Positions 9,242 through 19,458 of a DNA stretch of 64,000 bases are shown here, piece after piece. The notes under the pieces are model-generated. The model was not told the DNA's origin, did not search any database, and saw only the letters and a list, made by a program, of their open reading frames with translations. Position 1 is the stretch's first letter; every line of letters begins with the position of its first letter. The stretch is from Candidatus Poribacteria bacterium (lineage in GTDB: Bacteria; Poribacteria; WGA-4E; PCPOR2b). Location: the NCBI GenBank assembly GCA_965208675.1, contig OZ242351.1, positions 2,656,001-2,720,000 of the forward strand, given 5' to 3'. The position numbers and the translations under genes are program-made.

Positions 9242-10399
9242 ATGAAGGTTAGTAGATTCATTAAGTTCACGTTTACAATAGCGATTGTCGCGCTAGTTGC
9301 TGGACTTTCCGCTTGTGACCAGCTTCAACAACTCTTCCCGCCGGCCGATATGGAAGGGCTTAGCGGCGAGATTCCCGTCGGCGTCGTAGTCGCTCAGACT
9401 GGGCAATTCGCGGAACCGTACGGGTTACCAATGCTTGACGGCTTTAAGCTCGCCCTCGACGAAATAAACAACTCGGGAATGCTCGGAAACGCCACAATGA
9501 CCTTTATCGTGGAGGACGATCAGAGCGTGAGCGGCGTTGAAGCGGCAAATAAACTGATTCATGAAGACGGCGTGTCCGCTATCGTCGGTTTTGCTATTTC
9601 AACTCAGCTCGAACAGGTAATCCCAATTGCCCAAGAAAACGGGGTTGTCGTTGTAAGCTCAGTCTCGTCTGCCCCAGATTTGAGTGCGCTTGGCGATTAT
9701 ATCTTCCGCACAGGACTCAACTCAGGTGTGCTTAATCCCGCTGCCGTCAATGCGACTCATGAAAAATCCGGATACGAGAGTGCCGCCACGATATACCACC
9801 TCGGCGATACCTACTCCACGCGCAGCGACGAAGCGTTTAGGGCGGCGCTTGTCGAAAGAGGTGTTGACGTGGTGGCAGTAGAAACCTACGAAGGCAGCGA
9901 AACCGACTACACGGCGCAACTCACTCGGATAATGGAGTTAAATCCCGATGTACTCTTTATCTCGGCTTTAGGCGCGCACATACCCGGCATCATGGTTCAA
10001 GCGCGCGAACTCATGCCTTCTGTCGCCTTTATTGTTCCCGAATTGACTAGTATTGAGGTGAATGCCGCAGGCGATGCCGCCGAGGGCACGGTAACTTCTA
10101 TTGGTTGGCTCAGCACGACTGACACACCTATGAATCAAGCCTTCGTCCAAAGCTACACCGAAATTCACGGTGAGGCGCCGGTTGCTTGGGCTGCACAGTC
10201 GCATGCAGCGCTCCATATACTCGCCGCGGCAATTGCAGAGGCACAGTCCGCCGATGCAAGCGCGATTCGGGACGCAATGGCGAATACCATGGATTTTGAC
10301 ACCGTCGTGGGTAATTTCTCTTTTGACCCCAACGGCGAAGCGGTTTACGACCCAATCGTGCTTGCGGTCGAAAACGGAGAGTTTGTAATTTTTGAGTAA
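9242..10399 (+). CDS. LivJ/LivK-type (Peripla_BP_6) ABC substrate-binding lipoprotein, array copy 1
   Basis: RBS AGGAG; lipobox LSAC-DQ; GFKLALDEIN, EDD, YIFRT, C-terminal FSFDPNGEAVYDP. Confidence 0.9.
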   Translation: MKVSRFIKFTFTIAIVALVAGLSACDQLQQLFPPADMEGLSGEIPVGVVVAQTGQFAEPYGLPMLDGFKLALDEINNSGMLGNATMTFIVEDDQSVSGVEAANKLIHEDGVSAIVGFAISTQLEQVIPIAQENGVVVVSSVSSAPDLSALGDYIFRTGLNSGVLNPAAVNATHEKSGYESAATIYHLGDTYSTRSDEAFRAALVERGVDVVAVETYEGSETDYTAQLTRIMELNPDVLFISALGAHIPGIMVQARELMPSVAFIVPELTSIEVNAAGDAAEGTVTSIGWLSTTDTPMNQAFVQSYTEIHGEAPVAWAAQSHAALHILAAAIAEAQSADASAIRDAMANTMDFDTVVGNFSFDPNGEAVYDPIVLAVENGEFVIFE

Positions 10400-10424
10400 T
10401 CTTCATCGCTAGATGTCCATAAGC

Positions 10425-10462
10425 AAAACCCTGTCATCATTTTTTCGTCAATGACGGGGTTT
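10425..10462 (+). terminator. intergenic hairpin after copy 1
   Basis: AAAACCCTGTCAT...ATGACGGGGTTT. Confidence 0.55.
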
Positions 10463-10562
10463 CGGAAACATTAGTAACCTATTTCAAATATCAATCAACG
10501 GGGTTACCAATATTGTCTTGGTGCTGCCCCGCCTAATCCCTTCAAAACCAAGGAGGTTTTAA

Positions 10563-11723
10563 ATGAACGTCAGCAGATTCACGAAATTCGCATCTATAAT
10601 TGCGATTGCCGCGCTTATAGCGGGGCTTTCCGCTTGTGACCAGCTTGGCGAACTTCTCGTCCCGCCGCCTGATATGGATGGGCTTGGCGAGATTACTATC
10701 GGCGTCTCCCTGCCGCTGGACGACACAAACGGCCCTCTTTACGGATTACCGATGAAACGCGGCTTTGAGCTCGCTCAAAAAGAGATTAACCAGCTCGGCG
10801 GTTCGCAAATCACCTTCATCATTGAAGACGATCAGAGCACGGTTGAAGGCGCAATGACAGCCTTTAATAAACTGATTCATCAAGATGGCGTGTCCATAAT
10901 CACGGGTGTCACTTTCTCATCTCAGCTCAGGGAGTTATTTCCAATCATAGATGAAAACGAAATTGTATGTTATAGCTCGCTCTCTTCCGCTGCCGGTTTG
11001 AGCGCACGTAGCGATTTTGTCTTTCGGACAGGGCTGCCCACAAATGTTCTAAATCCGGAGGGAATCCGGGTAAGTCAGGAGAAACTCGGCTATCAAAGGG
11101 CGGCGCTGATATATGATTCGGACGATGTCTATGCCGCGAGCAGCAATGAGGAGGTGGTTAAAGCCCTTGAGGCGAGTGGTGTTGATATTGTGATCGCCGA
11201 GGCTTTCGAAGACAAACCTGCTGATTTAAGGCCGCAGTTAACACGGATAATGGAGGCAACTCCTGATGCAATCTTCATCTCCGCTTTATCCGCCCAAATG
11301 ACAGATATTATGATTCAAGGGCGTGAAGTCGGTATCCCTGCCTCTGTTCCGTACATAGTTCCTGATCTGACCGGAATCGAAGTGCAAATCGCAGGGGACG
11401 CCGCCGAGGGAGCGATTACTTTTACCAATTGGAGTGCTACGTCTAACACACCGGGAAATCAAACCTTCGTCTCGAATTACCTAGCGGAATACGGCATCGA
11501 AGCCGATCCCTGGGCGGCACAATCGTATGCCACCCTTTATATTCTAGCGGAGGCGATTGAAAATGCACAATCGACCGAGGCAACCGCTGTTCGGGATGCG
11601 CTGGCGAACATCATGGATTTCCCCACCGTTATGGGAAATTTCTCTTTTGATGAAGTCGGAGACGCAGTTTACGACCCGATTGTATTAACTGTTGAAAACG
11701 GTGAGCTTGTGGCATTTGAGTAA
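10563..11723 (+). CDS. LivJ/LivK-type substrate-binding lipoprotein, copy 2
   Basis: LSACDQ lipobox; same scaffold motifs. Confidence 0.9.
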   Translation: MNVSRFTKFASIIAIAALIAGLSACDQLGELLVPPPDMDGLGEITIGVSLPLDDTNGPLYGLPMKRGFELAQKEINQLGGSQITFIIEDDQSTVEGAMTAFNKLIHQDGVSIITGVTFSSQLRELFPIIDENEIVCYSSLSSAAGLSARSDFVFRTGLPTNVLNPEGIRVSQEKLGYQRAALIYDSDDVYAASSNEEVVKALEASGVDIVIAEAFEDKPADLRPQLTRIMEATPDAIFISALSAQMTDIMIQGREVGIPASVPYIVPDLTGIEVQIAGDAAEGAITFTNWSATSNTPGNQTFVSNYLAEYGIEADPWAAQSYATLYILAEAIENAQSTEATAVRDALANIMDFPTVMGNFSFDEVGDAVYDPIVLTVENGELVAFE

Positions 11724-11749
11724 CCTTCAGCGGTAGATTCACATAACGG

Positions 11750-11789
11750 AAAAGCCTGTCATCAGCAAGCAAATGGTGGCAGGCTTTTT
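11750..11789 (+). terminator. intergenic hairpin after copy 2
   Basis: AAAAGCCTGTCATCA...TGGTGGCAGGCTTTTT, homologous to the hairpin after copy 1. Confidence 0.55.
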
Positions 11790-11828
11790 AAGTTAATATT
11801 GCCTTCAATGAAGACGAGGAGGTTCAGC

Positions 11829-12998
11829 GTGAAGGTCGGCGGATTTACAATAATCATGTTTGTATTGGCGATTGCCTTTCTGATTGCGGGGCTTTCAGCC
11901 TGTGACCAGATTGGGCAACTGCTCGTCCCGCCGCCGCCTGATATGGAAGTGCTCAATGGGGAAATTCCGATTGGTGTAGTCCTTGCTCTTACCGGGCAAT
12001 TCGCCGACGAGCTTGGGAAGCCGATGAAAAACGGCTTTGAGCTCGCTCGCGCAGAGATTAACAGTTTAGGCCTGCTCGGTGATGCAAAAATCACGTTCAT
12101 TACGAAGGACGATCGCAGCGAGAGCGCCGTTGAAGCATTTAACAAGTTGATTCATGAAGACGGCGTATCCGTTATTACGGGGCTTGCTGTCTCAACCCAA
12201 GCCAAGGACGCGTTTCCTATCGCGCAAGAAAACCGCGTCGTGGCGTTTAGCCCTGTTTTCACCGCCCCCGGCCTCAGCGCGATTGGGGACTATATCTTCC
12301 GCGCCTCTCTCACCGTCGATGAGCTAAATTTCAATGGGGTCAAAATAACTCAGGAAAAACTCGGCTATAAAAGAGCGGCAACCATTTATGATGAGACCGA
12401 TCTTTTCTCTACCAATAGCAACGAAGCGTTCTTGGATGCGCTTGCGGAAAACGGTGTTGAGGTACTTACTACGCAAACCATCCAAACCGGCAATACCGAC
12501 TTTTCTGTACAATTGACTCGGATTAAGGCGACAAATCCCGACGCCATCTTTTGTACTGCCCTACCAAAGGAAATACCCCTGATTCTCACGCAAGGCCGCG
12601 ATCTCGGTATACCCGGCTCGGTTCCTTTTATTATACCTCAATTGTCCCTAGAACTGGTACAAGGCGCAGGACTTGCTGCGGAGGGTGCGATTTCCCTTAT
12701 AGCGTGGTCTAGTATCAAACCGACACCTGGCAATGGCGCCTTCGTCCAAAATTATCGAGCGGCATACGGTACGGATCCGAACGCGTGGGCAGCACAATCG
12801 TATGCAGCGCTTTACATCCTCGCCGCAGCGATTGCGGATGCCCAGTCCACCGATCCAACTGCGATTCGAGACGCATTGGCAAAAACTATAAATTTCGACA
12901 CTATTTTAGGGCAATTCTCTTTTGACGCCGTTGGCGATGCAGTTTACGACCCGCAAATACTAATTTTCAAAAACGGGAAATTTGAAGCATTCGAGTAG
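11829..12998 (+). CDS. LivJ/LivK-type substrate-binding lipoprotein, copy 3
   Basis: GTG start after AGGAGG; LSACDQ. Confidence 0.9.
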   Translation: MKVGGFTIIMFVLAIAFLIAGLSACDQIGQLLVPPPPDMEVLNGEIPIGVVLALTGQFADELGKPMKNGFELARAEINSLGLLGDAKITFITKDDRSESAVEAFNKLIHEDGVSVITGLAVSTQAKDAFPIAQENRVVAFSPVFTAPGLSAIGDYIFRASLTVDELNFNGVKITQEKLGYKRAATIYDETDLFSTNSNEAFLDALAENGVEVLTTQTIQTGNTDFSVQLTRIKATNPDAIFCTALPKEIPLILTQGRDLGIPGSVPFIIPQLSLELVQGAGLAAEGAISLIAWSSIKPTPGNGAFVQNYRAAYGTDPNAWAAQSYAALYILAAAIADAQSTDPTAIRDALAKTINFDTILGQFSFDAVGDAVYDPQILIFKNGKFEAFE

Positions 12999-13199
12999 AT
13001 TCCGATCCAGGTAGAAACCTGGTAGTTGGTGTGTGCAACCAGATTACAGTATTGATGCAAATTAGATTGGCCGATCGAAAACTTTGAGATTTTTTCAAAA
13101 CGACACGTGTTATCCAAAAAGAACATCGCTTTTTTTGTGGATGAATTTAATTTACAGCATTATCAACTCAATCAGAAACCATAAAAAAGGAGATTCAAC

Positions 13200-14381
13200 A
13201 TGAAAGCAACTCCGATTAGTAGTTTAACGTTTGTATTGGTCCTGGTTATGCTGATGATAGGACTATTCGCCTGCGACCAGCTAGGGCAAATCCTAGTTCC
13301 ACCCGAACCGGGAGCGGAAGGGCTTCCCATTGGCGTGGTCTTGCCGCTGTCAGGTTACTATGCTGCCACTTTCGGCGAACCTATGCTAAGCGGCTTCAAA
13401 TTGGCGGCAGAAGAGATAAATGGCTCACGAGCACCCGATGATCAACTCAAGATTATCCCGAAAGACGATGGTGCAACTGTAGAGGGTGCGGTCACTGCCT
13501 TTAACACACTTATTGAAGCGTATAACGTACCTGTTATTCTCGGTCCCGGTTTTTCATCTCAGTTCAAAGAGACTTCCCTCGTCGCCAATGAACACGGTGT
13601 TGTAGGTTTTAGCTCTACCTCCTCAGCCTCTGGCATTAATGAAGCTGGTGATTTTAACTTCCGCGCCGGGCTAATCACTTCTCGGCTAAACCCTCCCGGC
13701 GTCATGATTACGAAGGAAGTGTTAAAGTACGAGCGGGTGGCAACCATATTTGATGGTGCCGATACCTATTCCACAATCGGGCATGATGATTTGACGGAAG
13801 CACTCACGGCGAACAACGTTAATATTGTTGCAACAGAAGAAATCGACAGCAAAAGCGGGGAAATTGACTTTTCAGACTTATTAGGCCGGTTAATGGAATC
13901 TAATCCGCAAGCTATCTTTGCGTCAGTTCTAGCAGGAGAGATGACTCCAATTCTGATTCAAAGCCGCGAACTCGGTATCACTCCTTCTGTCCATCTCATA
14001 ATTCCTGAATTTTCTAATATCGAGGTGGACGCCTTGGTTGAGGCTGGTATGGGCGAGGCAGCCGAAGGAGTCATCAGCTTTACAGGTTGGTCCAGCCTAG
14101 CTGCGACCCCGGGAAACCAAGTCTTCATCGAGAATTACCGCACGGCTTACGGTGCTGACCCGAACCCATGGGCGGCGCAGTCGTATGCCACGCTCCATAT
14201 TCTCGCCGCAGCGATGGAGGAGGCGCAATCCACAGATGCGGCTGCCATCCGAGACGCGCTGGCGAATACCATGGATTTCGAGACCATCTTAGGCAAATTC
14301 TCATTTGACGAGGTCGGAGATGCGGTGTACGATCCGCAGATATTGATTGTCAAAGACGGCGAATTTGCAGTCTTTGAGTAA
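13200..14381 (+). CDS. LivJ/LivK-type substrate-binding lipoprotein, copy 4
   Basis: LFACDQ lipobox; same scaffold. Confidence 0.9.
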   Translation: MKATPISSLTFVLVLVMLMIGLFACDQLGQILVPPEPGAEGLPIGVVLPLSGYYAATFGEPMLSGFKLAAEEINGSRAPDDQLKIIPKDDGATVEGAVTAFNTLIEAYNVPVILGPGFSSQFKETSLVANEHGVVGFSSTSSASGINEAGDFNFRAGLITSRLNPPGVMITKEVLKYERVATIFDGADTYSTIGHDDLTEALTANNVNIVATEEIDSKSGEIDFSDLLGRLMESNPQAIFASVLAGEMTPILIQSRELGITPSVHLIIPEFSNIEVDALVEAGMGEAAEGVISFTGWSSLAATPGNQVFIENYRTAYGADPNPWAAQSYATLHILAAAMEEAQSTDAAAIRDALANTMDFETILGKFSFDEVGDAVYDPQILIVKDGEFAVFE

Positions 14382-14596
14382 TCCACACCGAATCAAGATC
14401 TGTATCTTGTAGAGAACAACAATTCACCGGTCTATGCCTGAAAACCAAAAGTTGTTCCCTACGCCTTCGGTTTTAAATCGAATTAAGTTCAATTCCCTAT
14501 CCAACGTACCGATTCTCAACAAATCAGGTTTGAAGGGTATGTCTTTCTTGGTTGCCCCTCGCCTGATTTTTTCATTTCAAAACAAGGAGGTGCCAC

Positions 14597-15769
14597 ATGA
14601 ATGTCCGGAGAATAAAATATCTAGCGTTTTTACTGTCAATTGCCGTCCTGATGGCAGGACTTTCCGCCTGTGACCAGATTCAGCAACTTCTCACCCCCGC
14701 ACCACCTCAGATGGAAGAACTCGATGGGGAGATTCCCGTCGGCGTCGTCTTATCTATTACAGGGCGATTCGCTTCGACGTTTGGCAATCCAAATGAAAAA
14801 GGGCTTGAATTAGCTCTCGAAGAGGTTAACAATTCAAAACTCGGAGATAGAAGTATCAAGCTGATTATAGAGGACGACGAGAGCACTGTTGAAGGCGCCC
14901 TTGAAGCATACAATAAACTGATTGAGCAGGATGGCGTGCCGGTTATCCTCGGACCCGCCACGTCAAGTCAGGCCAAAGCAGCGTTTACGATAGCGCAAGA
15001 AAATCAGGTCGTAGCTTTTAGCCCCAGCTCCGCTGCGCGGGGTCTAAGTGCGATTGGCGATTTTATTTTTCGTGCCGCGCTTACCACTGATGTGCTGATA
15101 CCGAGCGGCATTGAGGCGACTTCGGCAAAACTCGGCTACAAAAGAGCGGCAACGATGTACGATGAAAGCGATGTGTTCTCCACAGATAGCGATGAGGCGG
15201 TGAGGGAAGCACTTGCCGCGAACGGCGTCGAAGTGCTGGTCACAGAAACCTTCCTAGGCGGCGACACTGACTTTAGCGAACAGTTATCTCGGATAAGGGA
15301 CGCGAATCCCGACATTATATTTATTTCCTCGTTATCGCCGGAAAAACCGGGAATCCTGATGCAAGGCCGCCAACTCGGAATACCCAATTCAGTTCCGTTT
15401 GTTGTACGCACCTTGACCACAGCGGACGTGAATGCGGCGGGCGATGCTGCAGAAGGGGCGATCACCTTCGTAGGTTGGGCAAGCACGGCTGACACACCGG
15501 GAAATAGTGCCTTCGTCCAGAACTATAGCGCCAAATACGGGGAGGAGCCGAGCAACTACACCGCACGGTGGTATGCCGGTCTGCATATTTTGGCGGAAGC
15601 GATTGCCAACGCCCAATCCACTGACTCAACTGCAATTCGAGACGCATTGGCAAACATCTCAGACTTTGACACTGTTTTCGGTAAATTCTCTTTTGACGCG
15701 GTCGGAGATGCTATCTACGACCCGAAAATCTTGATTGTGGTAAACGGTCAGTTGGAAATCTTCGAATGA
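14597..15769 (+). CDS. LivJ/LivK-type substrate-binding lipoprotein, copy 5
   Basis: LSACDQ; same scaffold. Confidence 0.9.
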   Translation: MNVRRIKYLAFLLSIAVLMAGLSACDQIQQLLTPAPPQMEELDGEIPVGVVLSITGRFASTFGNPNEKGLELALEEVNNSKLGDRSIKLIIEDDESTVEGALEAYNKLIEQDGVPVILGPATSSQAKAAFTIAQENQVVAFSPSSAARGLSAIGDFIFRAALTTDVLIPSGIEATSAKLGYKRAATMYDESDVFSTDSDEAVREALAANGVEVLVTETFLGGDTDFSEQLSRIRDANPDIIFISSLSPEKPGILMQGRQLGIPNSVPFVVRTLTTADVNAAGDAAEGAITFVGWASTADTPGNSAFVQNYSAKYGEEPSNYTARWYAGLHILAEAIANAQSTDSTAIRDALANISDFDTVFGKFSFDAVGDAIYDPKILIVVNGQLEIFE

Positions 15770-15832
15770 CCACTCAATGAAATCAGGATAATAAAGAATG
15801 GCTTGAGTTATAAAAAAACAAGGAGGCTCAAA

Positions 15833-16996
15833 TTGAACACAAATAGAATTGCCCGATTAGCATTTGTACTGACGGTTATCGCGCTGATTACGGGACTCTT
15901 CGCCTGCGACCAGATTCAGCAACTTCTCATTCCAGATACACCTCCAATGGAAGGACTCAGCGGCGAGATTCCCATTGGTCTTGTCTACCCTGTCACCGGG
16001 CGGCTTGACACTTTTGCACTACCGATACAACGCGGCTTTGAATTGGCTCTTGGGGAGGTAAACAGCTCACAACTGGGCGATGTAAGGTTTAAGTTCATCG
16101 TCGAAGACGACCAAAGCACCGTTGAGGGTGCAGTCCAAGCCTATAATAGACTGATTGGTGCGGATGTGCCGGTTATTTTTGGCCCCACAACTTCAGGTCA
16201 AGCCGAAGCAGCGTTTCCAATTGCGCAACAGAATGGAGTTGTGGCATTTAGTTCATCCTCAAATGCAACAGGCCTTAGCGCGCTTGGGGATTTTCTGTTC
16301 CGCGCCGGACTCACTACAGATATCCTGCTCCCCAGCGGCGTCAGGGCAACGCATGCGAAACTTGGATATCAACGGGCAGCGATTATATATGATGATATTG
16401 ATTCCTACTCAATAGATAGCTATGAAAAGTTCAGAGACACGCTGACGGAGATTGGCGTTGAGATTTTGATTACAGAAACCTTCCAAGGAGGTATTGATAC
16501 CGACTTTTCTGCACAATTGACTCGAATAATGGAAGCAGATCCTGAAGCCGTCTTTATCGCATCACAACTCCCGGAACAGACTGAGATTCTGATAAACGGC
16601 CGCCAGATTGGGATTCCCACCGATGTTCGGTTTATCACTAGCCTGATAAATGACGTGGAAAACGCAGGGGACGCTGCCGAGGGGGCAATCTCCTTCGCAG
16701 GTTGGATTAGCACGGCTGATACACCGGGGAATGCTGCCTTCGTCCAGAACTACCGAGAGGCGTACGGGAGTGAGCCAAACGCTTGGACCGCGCAGTCACA
16801 TGCCGCTGTTCATATTGTTGCAGCGGCGATTGCGGAAGCCCAATCCACCGATCCAACCGCAATCCGGGATGCACTCGCGAATACAAAAAATTTCGACACG
16901 GTTCTAGGGGCATTCTCTTTTAATGATGTTGGGGACGCCGTTTACGACCCAATCGTACAAATTGTGGAAAACGGTGAATTCAAAATTTTTGAATAA
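15833..16996 (+). CDS. LivJ/LivK-type substrate-binding lipoprotein, copy 6
   Basis: TTG start after AGGAGG; LFACDQ. Confidence 0.9.
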   Translation: MNTNRIARLAFVLTVIALITGLFACDQIQQLLIPDTPPMEGLSGEIPIGLVYPVTGRLDTFALPIQRGFELALGEVNSSQLGDVRFKFIVEDDQSTVEGAVQAYNRLIGADVPVIFGPTTSGQAEAAFPIAQQNGVVAFSSSSNATGLSALGDFLFRAGLTTDILLPSGVRATHAKLGYQRAAIIYDDIDSYSIDSYEKFRDTLTEIGVEILITETFQGGIDTDFSAQLTRIMEADPEAVFIASQLPEQTEILINGRQIGIPTDVRFITSLINDVENAGDAAEGAISFAGWISTADTPGNAAFVQNYREAYGSEPNAWTAQSHAAVHIVAAAIAEAQSTDPTAIRDALANTKNFDTVLGAFSFNDVGDAVYDPIVQIVENGEFKIFE

Positions 16997-17126
16997 TCTC
17001 CTCGACAATCCAAATGACAAAAACCGTGTTTTTGCTGTGGGTCGACAGTCCTATCGTTCGTGAAAAACTCGGTTTTTCCAAGATGTGCAACCGGTAACGT
17101 AATAGAAAAATAAGGACGTACAGTAC

Positions 17127-18296
17127 ATGGGCATCAGAAACATTATCAGAATTGCTTCTGCCTTCGTGATTATCGTTCTGATTGCGAACTTTTCCGCTTG
17201 CGATCAGGTTCAGAAACTTTTGCTCCCCAGAACAAATCAGATGGACGGACTCGGTGAGGAAATCTCCATCGGTCTCGTCTACCCTATCACGGGACGGCTT
17301 GCTTCCGTTGGGATGGAAATGGGACGCGGCTTTGAACTGGCTCAAGAAGAGATTAATAATTCACAACTTGGCGATACAAAACTCAGGTTTATCACTGAGG
17401 ACAGCCGGGGCGATCCGGAGGGTGCTGCCGAAGCCTTCAATAAACTGATTCAGCAAGACGGGGTGCCCGCAATCGTTGGACCAGGTACCTCAAGTGCGGC
17501 TGAAGCGGCGTTTCCGATAGCGCAACAGAATCGGGTTGTAGCCATAAGCGCCACCGCCGCTGCGCGAGGCCTGAGCGAGATCGGTGATTTTGCCTTTCGT
17601 ACCATTCTCACCACAGACGTATTGATTACCAGCGGCATTGCGGCGACACAAGCAAAACTCGGCTACCGGAGGGCAGCAATCGTATATGATGAAACCGACC
17701 TTTTCTCCGCGGATGGCGCCGAGGTAATGAGGGACGCGCTCACTGCAAATGGTGTCGAGATTCTGGCCACAGAAACCTTTCAAAGCGGCGATACCGATTT
17801 TTCTGCACAATTGACGCGCATCAAGGATTTAAACCCCGACGCAATCTTTGTTTCCGCGTTGCCGCCAGATAAACCGGAGATTCTGGCTCAGGCTGACAAA
17901 TTCGGAATACCTGATTCAGTGCGGTTCATTATTAACACGCTGACTACGGCCGACGTGCGCGCTGCGGGTGATTCTGCAGACGGGGCGATAGCTTTTACGA
18001 GTTGGGTCAATACGACAGACACTCCGGGAAATGGTGCCTTCGTTCAGAATTACAGTGCGAAATACGGTATGGAACCTAGTATCTGGGCTGCGCAGTCGTA
18101 CGCCACCGTACACATCTTGGCGAAAGCATTCTCAGAGGTCCAATCCGCCAATTCAACCGCGATTCGCGGCGCACTCGCGAATATCACAAATCTAGACACC
18201 ATTTTGGGTAAATTTTCTTTTGACACGGTCGGTGATGCAGTTTACGATCCGGTGGCACTGATTGTCAATAACCGCAAATTGGAAATCTTTGAGTAG
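17127..18296 (+). CDS. LivJ/LivK-type substrate-binding lipoprotein, copy 7
   Basis: FSACDQ; same scaffold. Confidence 0.9.
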   Translation: MGIRNIIRIASAFVIIVLIANFSACDQVQKLLLPRTNQMDGLGEEISIGLVYPITGRLASVGMEMGRGFELAQEEINNSQLGDTKLRFITEDSRGDPEGAAEAFNKLIQQDGVPAIVGPGTSSAAEAAFPIAQQNRVVAISATAAARGLSEIGDFAFRTILTTDVLITSGIAATQAKLGYRRAAIVYDETDLFSADGAEVMRDALTANGVEILATETFQSGDTDFSAQLTRIKDLNPDAIFVSALPPDKPEILAQADKFGIPDSVRFIINTLTTADVRAAGDSADGAIAFTSWVNTTDTPGNGAFVQNYSAKYGMEPSIWAAQSYATVHILAKAFSEVQSANSTAIRGALANITNLDTILGKFSFDTVGDAVYDPVALIVNNRKLEIFE

Positions 18297-18571
18297 GTCT
18301 CCAAATGATAACAGGGATTCTTGGGGACACCCTTTACGGGTGCTCGTTTAGAGGAATAACACGCTCTTTTATAAAAACTAGGAGGTACAAGATGAAAACC
18401 CGAAAATTCGCCGCATCTGCGTTAATCTTGATGATTGCCGCGCTGATTTCAGGGCTATCCGCCTGTGACCAGATTCAACAACTTCTCCTCCCCTCGACAC
18501 CTCAGATGGAAGGGTTTAGCGAAGAAATTTCTATTGGTGCCGTTCATCCTATCACTGGGCGACTTGGCTTA

Positions 18572-19458
18572 GAGCCTGTTTGAAAAAGAAAAAAGATGTC
18601 TGAACGGTTGATGTTTACGTTTACTCACTGGAGCAGTTGATTCCGAACCAATGAAGGGAGTAAACATGAACCGAAAACGTTATCCTAGTGATTTGACCGA
18701 TGTACAATGGCAGAAACTGTCAGCGTTTCTGCCAACCCCTCAACCATTAGGTAGACCTCTAAAATGGGAGATGTACTTAATTGTCCATGCCATCTTTTAT
18801 GTCGTCAAGTCCGGTTGCCAGTGGCGAATGCTACCATACGATATGCCGCCGTGGCAAACCGTCTATTACCATTTTAGGAAGTGGGAAGCCGACAATACAT
18901 GGCTCTTGATTCATCAGGCACTTCACGAACAATCACGCTGTGATGGTGGCAAAGAACCATCACCGACAGCAGCTATCATTGACAGCCAATCCATTAAGAC
19001 AACTGAACTGGCGACGACTCGCGGTTTTGATGGTCACAAGAAGGTCAAAGGACGCAAACGACATCTAGTAACGGATACGACGGGTATTCCATTGATGGTC
19101 AAAGTCACTGACGCGAATGTCAGTGATAATCAGATTGCTATCGAGTTACTAACAGAAGTGTTTAGCTGGTACATAACCATTCAGTTGGTGTGTGCCGATG
19201 CCGCCTATCGTGGAGAATTGGAAGACTGGTTATATTTTGCTCATCAATGTCAACTGGAGATTGCATCTACGCTAGGACAGCAGAAGTTTGAAGTTATCCC
19301 GTTACGATGGATTGTTGAGCGCACATTTTCTTGGCTTGGTTGGTTTCGTCGATTGACTTTGGATTATGAACGCTATCCTAGGACTGCTGAGACTATGGTG
19401 TACATCGCTTCCATTTACTTAATGCAAAATCGAATCAAATGACTTTTCAAACAGGCTC
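18572..19458 (+). mobile_element. IS5-family insertion sequence (IS1031-like), 887 bp
   Basis: Perfect 15-bp TIRs GAGCCTGTTTGAAAA / TTTTCAAACAGGCTC; TTA target duplication at 18569-18571 and 19459-19461. Confidence 0.95.
18651..19442 (+). CDS. IS5-family DDE transposase
   Basis: YPSDLTDxQW, GCQWRMLP, IIDSQS, GRKRH, ADAAY, RWIVERTFSW. Confidence 0.95.
   Translation: MKGVNMNRKRYPSDLTDVQWQKLSAFLPTPQPLGRPLKWEMYLIVHAIFYVVKSGCQWRMLPYDMPPWQTVYYHFRKWEADNTWLLIHQALHEQSRCDGGKEPSPTAAIIDSQSIKTTELATTRGFDGHKKVKGRKRHLVTDTTGIPLMVKVTDANVSDNQIAIELLTEVFSWYITIQLVCADAAYRGELEDWLYFAHQCQLEIASTLGQQKFEVIPLRWIVERTFSWLGWFRRLTLDYERYPRTAETMVYIASIYLMQNRIK

Noticed and set aside
18305-18583. Independent 92-aa lipoprotein
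   Set aside because: It is the 5' fragment of array copy 8, ending at a stop inside the IS terminal repeat.
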